A stretch of 48,629 nt of DNA from an uncultured Bordetella sp. (lineage in GTDB: Bacteria > Pseudomonadota > Gammaproteobacteria > Burkholderiales > SG8-39): the NCBI GenBank assembly GCA_964616875.1, contig CAZTSJ010000201.1:1-48629 (forward strand). Reading direction: 5' to 3'. This document shows positions 42,936 through 48,629 of the stretch, in pieces. The notes under the pieces are model-generated. The model saw nothing but the letters and a program-made list of their open reading frames with translations. It was not told the origin of the DNA and searched no databases. Position numbers and translations under genes: made by a program. Positions within the stretch are counted from its first letter, which is position 1. Every line of letters starts with the position of its first letter.

Positions 42936-43907
42936 ATGAAGAATCGAATTATTCATGCGGCGCTTGCCGCGTTTCTGTTTTCCGCGGGCAACGCGATGGC
43001 GCAGTACCCGAACCGCAACGTCACCATGCTGGTGCCCTACGCGGCTGGCGGCCCCACCGACACGGTGGCCCGCGTCACGGCCCAGGCCATGGGCAAGCCG
43101 CTCGGCCAGACCATCGTGGTCGAGAACCGGCCGAGCGCGGGCGGAATTCTCGCTCCGGAGACGGTCAAGAATGCCAAACCCGACGGCTACACCATCCTGA
43201 TCCACCACATCGGCATGGCCACCACGCCGGCGCTGTACCGCCAGCTGCGCTTCAATCCGCTCACCGATTTCGATTACATCGGCCTGATCAACGACGTGCC
43301 GATGACCATCATCGCGCGGCAGAATTTCCCGGCCAAGGACTTCAAGGAATTCCTCGCCTACATCAAGGCCAACAAGGACAAGGTCACCTACGCCAACGCC
43401 GGCATCGGCGCGGCCTCGCACCTGTGCGGCATGCTGTTCATGAGCGCGATCCAGACCGACGTGCTGACCGTGCCGTACAAGGGCACCGCGCCGGCAATGA
43501 ACGACCTGCTGGGCGGCACCGTCGACTTCATGTGCGACCAGACCACCAACACCACCACGCAGATCAAGGCCGGCAAGGTGAAAGTGTACGGCGTGACTTC
43601 CGCCAAGCGCGTGCCGTCGCTGCCCGATGTGCCGACGATGATCGAGCAGGGGCTGAAGGACTTCGAAGTCGGCATCTGGCACGGCCTGTACGCGCCGAAA
43701 GGCACGCCCAAGCCGGTGATCGACAGGCTTGTGGCGGCGTTGCAGGAGGCGGTCAAGGATCCGACCGTCAACCAGCGCTTCGCCGATCTGGGCGCCACCG
43801 CCTATCCTGCGGACAAGGCGACTCCCGCCGCGCTCGCCGCGCACGTCAAGGCCGAGATCGACAAGTGGGGTCCGATCATCAAGAAGGCCGGCGTGTACGC
43901 CGACTAG
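42936..43907 (+). CDS. Bug family tripartite tricarboxylate transporter substrate-binding protein
   Basis: ATG at 42936 preceded by AGGAGG. Signal peptide followed by YPNRNVTMLVPYAAGGPTD, and VPYKGTAPAMNDLLGG. Confidence 0.9.
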   Translation: MKNRIIHAALAAFLFSAGNAMAQYPNRNVTMLVPYAAGGPTDTVARVTAQAMGKPLGQTIVVENRPSAGGILAPETVKNAKPDGYTILIHHIGMATTPALYRQLRFNPLTDFDYIGLINDVPMTIIARQNFPAKDFKEFLAYIKANKDKVTYANAGIGAASHLCGMLFMSAIQTDVLTVPYKGTAPAMNDLLGGTVDFMCDQTTNTTTQIKAGKVKVYGVTSAKRVPSLPDVPTMIEQGLKDFEVGIWHGLYAPKGTPKPVIDRLVAALQEAVKDPTVNQRFADLGATAYPADKATPAALAAHVKAEIDKWGPIIKKAGVYAD

Positions 43908-45322
43908 CCGGTCGCGATGGCGGGCCGCTGCTGCCAGATCATGGTCGCCTGTTCGAAGGCGTGCGCGAGCTGCAGCACGCCGAAGTCGTCCCGGTAACGG
44001 CCGACGATCTGCAGGCCGACCGGCAGCGGCACGGGATCGCTCGTGAATCCGGCCGGCACGGAAATCGCCGGGTGGCTGGTGATGGTGATGTAGTAGCAGC
44101 TTTTCATCCAGTCCAGGTAGTTGTTCATTTTCGTCGCCGCGATCTCGACCGGATACTCCTGCGAAACCGGATAAGGCGGCAACTGGTTCACCGGGCAGAG
44201 CAGGAAATCGTAGCGCCCGAGGAATTCGCGCATGCGGTTGAACAGCTGCGTGCGCAGCGTCTCGGCGCGCGCGATTGCTTCGGGCGTGAGTTTGAGCCCC
44301 TGCTCGATGTTCCAGATCAACGTCTGCTTCAGCTGGGCGCGCTGATCCTTGTACAACTGGCCGTGCTTTTGCAGGAAGGCGAGCGCGCACAGCGTCTCGA
44401 AGGACTCGGTGGCGCCGGAAAAATCGGGTTCGGCCTCCTCGATGCTGCAGCCCAAGTCCGAGAAAATCCCGCGCTGTTTCTCCAGCACCGCCGTAACGCG
44501 CGGATCCATCGGCAGACCACCCAGGTTCCGGCTCCAGGCAATTCTGGTTTTCCTGAAGTCGCGCGCCAAAGCAGAAGAAAAAGTTTTTCCCGGCTCTGTT
44601 ATCGAGGTCGGCACCCGCGGGTCGGGCCCCGCCATGGCCGAGAGCAGAAACGCCGCGTCCGCCACTGTGCGTGCAACCGGGCCCAGCACCGCGAGCGTGT
44701 CCCAGGCGTTGGACGCAGGCCAGCCCGGTACGCGCCCCGGCGTTGGCCGGAAGCCGACTACGTTGCAGTAGTTGCCGGGATTGCGCAGGCTTGCGGCGAG
44801 ATCGGAGCCGTCGGCGAAAGGCAGCATGCCGGTCGCCACCGCGACCGCCGCGCCGCCCGAAGATCCGCCGCAGGTCTTGGTGAGGTCGTAGGGATTCCTG
44901 GTCGCGCCGAATACCGCGTTGAAAGTCTGGCTGCCGGCGCCGAACTCCGGCGTGTTGGTCTTGCCGAGCGTGATTGCGCCGGCGGCCGCGAGGCGCTCGA
45001 CGATCGCGTCGTCCGCGGCGGGCACATGGTCGCGAAACAGCGGCGAACCCCGCGTCGTGCGGATGCCCTTGGTCGCGACGAGGTCCTTGTAGGCAATCGG
45101 CAGGCCCGCCAGGGGTTTGGATTTGTTTGTTTTGAAATTTTTATCGAACTTTTTTGCTTCGGAAATTGCAAGTTCGGGCAAGAACGTCACGATCGCGTTG
45201 ACTTTCGGGTTTACGCGCTCGATCTGCGCGATGAAGGCCCGCATCACCTCGGTGGCCGAGAGCTTGCGGCTGCGGATGAGTTGCGCGAGTTTTTTCGCGG
45301 GCGTAAAGCAGATGTCGTTCAT
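43904..45322 (-). CDS. Amidase (amidase-signature family)
   Basis: ATG at 45322 (ATGA overlap with the rng stop). GGSSGGAAVAVA... signature and KD...T.G..TT.GS. Confidence 0.9.
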   Translation of the reverse strand: MNDICFTPAKKLAQLIRSRKLSATEVMRAFIAQIERVNPKVNAIVTFLPELAISEAKKFDKNFKTNKSKPLAGLPIAYKDLVATKGIRTTRGSPLFRDHVPAADDAIVERLAAAGAITLGKTNTPEFGAGSQTFNAVFGATRNPYDLTKTCGGSSGGAAVAVATGMLPFADGSDLAASLRNPGNYCNVVGFRPTPGRVPGWPASNAWDTLAVLGPVARTVADAAFLLSAMAGPDPRVPTSITEPGKTFSSALARDFRKTRIAWSRNLGGLPMDPRVTAVLEKQRGIFSDLGCSIEEAEPDFSGATESFETLCALAFLQKHGQLYKDQRAQLKQTLIWNIEQGLKLTPEAIARAETLRTQLFNRMREFLGRYDFLLCPVNQLPPYPVSQEYPVEIAATKMNNYLDWMKSCYYITITSHPAISVPAGFTSDPVPLPVGLQIVGRYRDDFGVLQLAHAFEQATMIWQQRPAIATG

Positions 45323-46791
45323 AGCAGCACGATGTCGTATTGTTCCGGCGCATAGTTGGATTCGACCTGCACCGACACGGGTTTGCCGATGAAGTCGGAG
45401 AGCATCGCCAGCGCGCCCGACTCCTCCTCCTGGAACAGGTCGCAGACCGGCTGCGAGGCGAGGACGCGGAACTCGCGCGCGTTGAAGGCGCGCGCCTCGC
45501 GCAGGATCTCGCGCAGCACCTCGTAGCAGACGGTGCGCGCGGTTTTCACCTGGCCGCGCCCGCTGCAGGCCTGGCAGGGCTCGCACAGCACGTGGGCGAG
45601 CGATTCGCGCGTGCGCTTGCGCGTCATTTCCACCAGCCCGAGCGCGGTGAAGCCGCTCAGCGTCACGCGCGTCGGGTCGCGCGCGAGCGCGCGGCGGAAT
45701 TCCTCCAGCACCGCGGCGCGATGCTCGTCGCTATCCATGTCGATGAAGTCCACCACGATGATGCCGCCCAGGTTGCGCAGCCGCAGCTGGCGCGCGATCG
45801 CCTGCGCCGCCTCGAGGTTGGTCTTGAACACGGTCTCGCCGAAATTGCGCCTGCCGACGAAGCCGCCAGTGTTGACGTCCACGGTGGTCATCGCCTCGGT
45901 CTGGTCGATTACGAGCGTGCCGCCCGACTTGAGCTCGACGCGTCGCGCCAGGGCCTTCTCTATCTCCTGCTCGACGTTGTACAACTCAAACAGCGGCCGC
46001 TCCCCGGTGTAGTGCTGCAGCTTGGCGAGGAGCGCGGGCATGTAGGCGCGTGCGAAGGCGCTCAGCAGCTGGTGGTTCTCGCGCGAATCCACGCGCACCG
46101 CAGTGGTGCCCGCCGAGACCATGTCGCGCAGCACGCGTTGTGCGAGCGACAGGCCCTGGTAGACCAGCTTGGGCGGCGGCGCGCCCAGCGCGCTTGCGCG
46201 AATATCGCGCCACAGGTTGCGCAGGTACTCGATATCGGCGCGCAGTTCGTCGTCGCTTGCGCCCTCGGCGAGCGTGCGCAGGATGAAGCCGCCGGTTTCG
46301 CCCTCGGGCATCAGTTGCTTCAATTTCTCGCGCAGTGCCGCGCGCCCGGCCTCGTCCTCGATGCGCTGCGAGATGCCGATGTGCGGATCCTGCGGCAGGT
46401 ACACGAGCAGCCGGCCGGCGACCGAGAGCTGGGTCGAGAGCCGCGCGCCCTTGCTGCCGAGCGGATCCTTTAGCACCTGCACCGTGAGGGGCTGGCCTTC
46501 GGCGAGCATTTTCTCGATCGGCTTGCCGGGATCGGCCTTGCCGTTTTCGCCGTTCGTTTTCCGGTTCTCCCAGATGTCCGCGACATGCAGGAAAGCGGCA
46601 CGTTCCAGGCCGATCTCGACGAAGGCCGACTGCATGCCGGGGAGCACGCGCGCGACGCGCCCGACGTAGATGTTGCCCACCAGTCCCCGGTTCGCTTCGC
46701 GCTCGACCACCAGTTCCTGCACCTGGCCCGCGGCGAGCACCGCGACACGCGTTTCCTGCGGCGTGAAGTTGACGAGGATTTCCTCGCTCAC
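45319..46791 (-). CDS. rng: Ribonuclease G
   Basis: GTG at 46791 gives VSEEILVNFTPQETRVAVL..., the canonical RNase G/E N-terminus with an S1 domain (GNIYVGRV..VLPGMQSAFVEIG). 490 aa. GTGA overlap with the maf stop. Confidence 0.9.
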   Translation of the reverse strand: MSEEILVNFTPQETRVAVLAAGQVQELVVEREANRGLVGNIYVGRVARVLPGMQSAFVEIGLERAAFLHVADIWENRKTNGENGKADPGKPIEKMLAEGQPLTVQVLKDPLGSKGARLSTQLSVAGRLLVYLPQDPHIGISQRIEDEAGRAALREKLKQLMPEGETGGFILRTLAEGASDDELRADIEYLRNLWRDIRASALGAPPPKLVYQGLSLAQRVLRDMVSAGTTAVRVDSRENHQLLSAFARAYMPALLAKLQHYTGERPLFELYNVEQEIEKALARRVELKSGGTLVIDQTEAMTTVDVNTGGFVGRRNFGETVFKTNLEAAQAIARQLRLRNLGGIIVVDFIDMDSDEHRAAVLEEFRRALARDPTRVTLSGFTALGLVEMTRKRTRESLAHVLCEPCQACSGRGQVKTARTVCYEVLREILREARAFNAREFRVLASQPVCDLFQEEESGALAMLSDFIGKPVSVQVESNYAPEQYDIVLL

Positions 46792-47420
46792 TTGCGCCGC
46801 TCCCTTTGCGCATCCATGCGTTCCAGCAGCTGCGTTGTCTCGTAGAGCGGCAGGCCCATGACGCCCGAGTAGCTGCCGTGCAGCGCGACGACGAACTGCG
46901 CGGCGCGGCCCTGGATGGCATAGCCGCCCGCCTTGTCGTCGCACTCGCCGGTGGCGACGTAGCGCTTTATATCGTCCGCGGAGAGAGCCCTGAACTCGAC
47001 CTCCGAGATCGACAGGGCGCACTCCAGTTTTTCCTCGTAGCGCAACGCGATCGCGCTGAGCACCTGGTGGCGGCGTCCCGAGAGCGCGGCGAGCATGGTC
47101 GCCGCGGCGCGCCGGTCGGCGGGTTTGCCGAAAATGCGATCGTCCACCGCCACAGTGGTATCGGCGGCAAGCACCGCGGCGCGCGGCAGGTTGCGCTCCA
47201 CCACGCGCTGCCAGCCCGCCTGCGCCTTGGCGCGCGCGATGCGCTCGACGTAGATGCGCGGCGTTTCCCCGGCGAGCGCGGTTTCGTCCAGGCCGGGTTC
47301 GGTCTCGGGCTTGCCGCGGAACGCGAGCACCTGGAAACGCACCCCGATCTGCGTCAGCAGTTCGCGCCGCCTGGGGCTGCGCGACGCAAGATAAATCGGC
47401 CGGTCGAATTGCTCGCTCAC
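46788..47420 (-). CDS. maf: Maf-like nucleoside triphosphate pyrophosphatase
   Basis: 210 aa. LASRSPRRRELL N-terminus and ...KAGGYAIQG... Conserved maf-rng gene order. Confidence 0.9.
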   Translation of the reverse strand: MSEQFDRPIYLASRSPRRRELLTQIGVRFQVLAFRGKPETEPGLDETALAGETPRIYVERIARAKAQAGWQRVVERNLPRAAVLAADTTVAVDDRIFGKPADRRAAATMLAALSGRRHQVLSAIALRYEEKLECALSISEVEFRALSADDIKRYVATGECDDKAGGYAIQGRAAQFVVALHGSYSGVMGLPLYETTQLLERMDAQRERRK

Positions 47421-47472
47421 TCCGCACCCCCTGGGAGCGGCGAAGTTTAGCAGGCGGTCGCGCGCTCAAACG

Positions 47473-48447
47473 CTACCGGATCACCTCATCCGCCCGCGCC
47501 AGCAGCGATTGCGGGATCGTCAGGCCGAGCGTCCTGGCAGTATTCATGTTGATCACAAGCTCGAACTTTGTGGGCTGCTCGACCGGCAGATCAGCGGGCT
47601 TCGCGCCTTTGAAGATCCGGTCCACATAGTGCGCGGCGCGGCGGAATATCTCTGGGAGGCTCGGCCCATAGGAAATGAGCCCGCCCGCTTCCACGAAGCC
47701 GCGAGATCCGTAGATCGACGGCAGGCGCTGCTGCGCGACGAGCTCCACGATACGCTGGCGGTTGGCGTTGGTGAACGTACCGTGCTGCACGATGAGCGCC
47801 TGGACGCGCGCGCGTCGCATGGCGGCAAACGCAGTTGCAAGCGCCTCGCGTTTGTTCACCCGTTCGACGACAAGCGCAATGCCCATTTTCTTCGTTGCCG
47901 TCCGGATTTGCTCAATGAATAGTAAGGACGTGACACTCTGGCCCCCGGTGAGTACCGCTACCTGCGTCGCATTGGGAGCGAGCTCGCGCAGCAGTTGGAG
48001 ATCCTTGCCGGCGAGGTCCGTAGACTGGATGCTCATACCCGTGACGTTCCCGCCCGGACGGGCAAGGCTGGCAACTAGGCCCGAGCCAACCGGGTCGGAG
48101 GGGCCGGTCATGACGATGGGGATGGTGCTCGTTGCGCGCTTGGCCGCCGCTATGGGTTCAGTGGCCTGCGTGGCAATGAGATCAACCTTGAGCCGCACCA
48201 GCTCCGCGGCCATCTCCGGCAAGCGCTCGACATTTCCGGCCGCCCATCGGTACTCTATCGAGAGGTTGCGGCCTTCGACGTATCCCAGGGTGTGGAGTTG
48301 GTCGAGGAAGGCTTCGATATATTCGTTCGGACCAGCCGTCTGCGACAGGAAGCCGATGCGCCAGACCTTGCCCGCCGGCTGAGCGAAGGCGAAATGCGGC
48401 GCGGCGCCGAGGGCAAGGAGTGTCAGTACCGTGTCGCGCCTGTTCAT
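47473..48447 (-). CDS. ABC transporter substrate-binding protein (ABC_sub_bind family), secreted
   Basis: ATG at 48447 (MNRRDTVLTLLALGAAPHFAFAQ) followed by KVWRIGFL. The C-terminus IFKGAKPADLPVEQPTKFELVINMNTARTLGLTIPQSLLARADEVIR is paralogous to 4249..5232. Confidence 0.8.
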   Translation of the reverse strand: MNRRDTVLTLLALGAAPHFAFAQPAGKVWRIGFLSQTAGPNEYIEAFLDQLHTLGYVEGRNLSIEYRWAAGNVERLPEMAAELVRLKVDLIATQATEPIAAAKRATSTIPIVMTGPSDPVGSGLVASLARPGGNVTGMSIQSTDLAGKDLQLLRELAPNATQVAVLTGGQSVTSLLFIEQIRTATKKMGIALVVERVNKREALATAFAAMRRARVQALIVQHGTFTNANRQRIVELVAQQRLPSIYGSRGFVEAGGLISYGPSLPEIFRRAAHYVDRIFKGAKPADLPVEQPTKFELVINMNTARTLGLTIPQSLLARADEVIR

Positions 48448-48509
48448 CTCATTGACCTTGAATTTGGCCCCAATTTTCGCCAGCAGCTCAGGCCGTGTGC
48501 GGCTACAGG

Positions 48510-48629
48510 TTAGAGCGAGGCATCCTTGAACGCCTTCAGTACGGCGTTTATGCGCGTCTGGTATCCAGGGCCCTGGGCCTGAAACCACGCGAGCACTTCC
48601 GCGTCCACACGAAGAGAGATGGACCTCTT
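48510..48629 (-). CDS. BrnA-antitoxin-like / DUF4415-like protein, C-terminal 39 codons only (gene runs off the window end)
   Basis: Own translation of the minus strand: KRSISLRVDAEVLAWFQAQGPGYQTRINAVLKAFKDASL*. The I.LR.D.DVL.WF...G.GYQTRIN.VLR.. pattern is typical of BrnA-type antitoxins. Not in the ORF track because it is short and partial. Confidence 0.5.
   Translation of the reverse strand, partial: KRSISLRVDAEVLAWFQAQGPGYQTRINAVLKAFKDASL

Noticed and set aside
39410-45355. Long antisense ORFs 39410..41647, 40857..41882, 42798..44390 and 43424..45355
   Set aside because: They lie opposite well-supported ACAD, crotonase, SDR, Bug and amidase genes, and their products are low-complexity Arg/Ala/Gly-rich sequences.

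Overview
High-GC proteobacterial chromosomal window. It is probably from a Betaproteobacterium of Burkholderiales-like type. This is inferred from three Bug/TctC-family and two ABC_sub_bind-family periplasmic binding proteins, gshB-EIIA(Man)-ptsH-ptsI synteny, metXW and maf-rng. All calls rest on motif and family recognition by eye; no searches were run.

The dominant feature is a minus-strand run of about 21.5 kb (11472..32943, possibly up to 33893) of translationally coupled genes:
- a family-III CoA-transferase
- a PfaD-type enoyl reductase
- a PfaA-like megasynthase (KS-AT-ACP-ACP-KR-DH)
- a PfaC-like megasynthase with an embedded AT (KS-CLF-AT-DH-DH)
- an orphan, lower-GC lipoprotein plus a 46-codon micro-ORF
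- a complete oleABCD head-to-head olefin (beta-lactone) pathway
- an Sfp-type PPTase

This looks like a single polyunsaturated-chain-to-polyolefin hydrocarbon operon. The Pfa and Ole halves, which are separate loci in the Shewanella paradigm, are physically fused here.

Other notable points:
- A 26-nt REP-like hairpin element has two intergenic copies with compensatory stem changes, and a third copy sits in-frame in the linker between the two ACP domains.
- A terminator/antiterminator-type leader lies upstream of metXW.
- A putative diiron (2x ExxH) protein is coupled to a Bug binding protein.
- Two distantly paralogous secreted proteins sit in convergent orientation.
- Small TA-like modules are present (DUF4160/DUF2442, and a BrnA-like fragment at the window edge).
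- A plus-strand beta-oxidation-type cluster follows tRNA-Arg(CCG): two ACADs, a crotonase, an SDR and a MaoC hydratase.

The many long antisense or shadow ORFs in the track are high-GC artefacts and were rejected.
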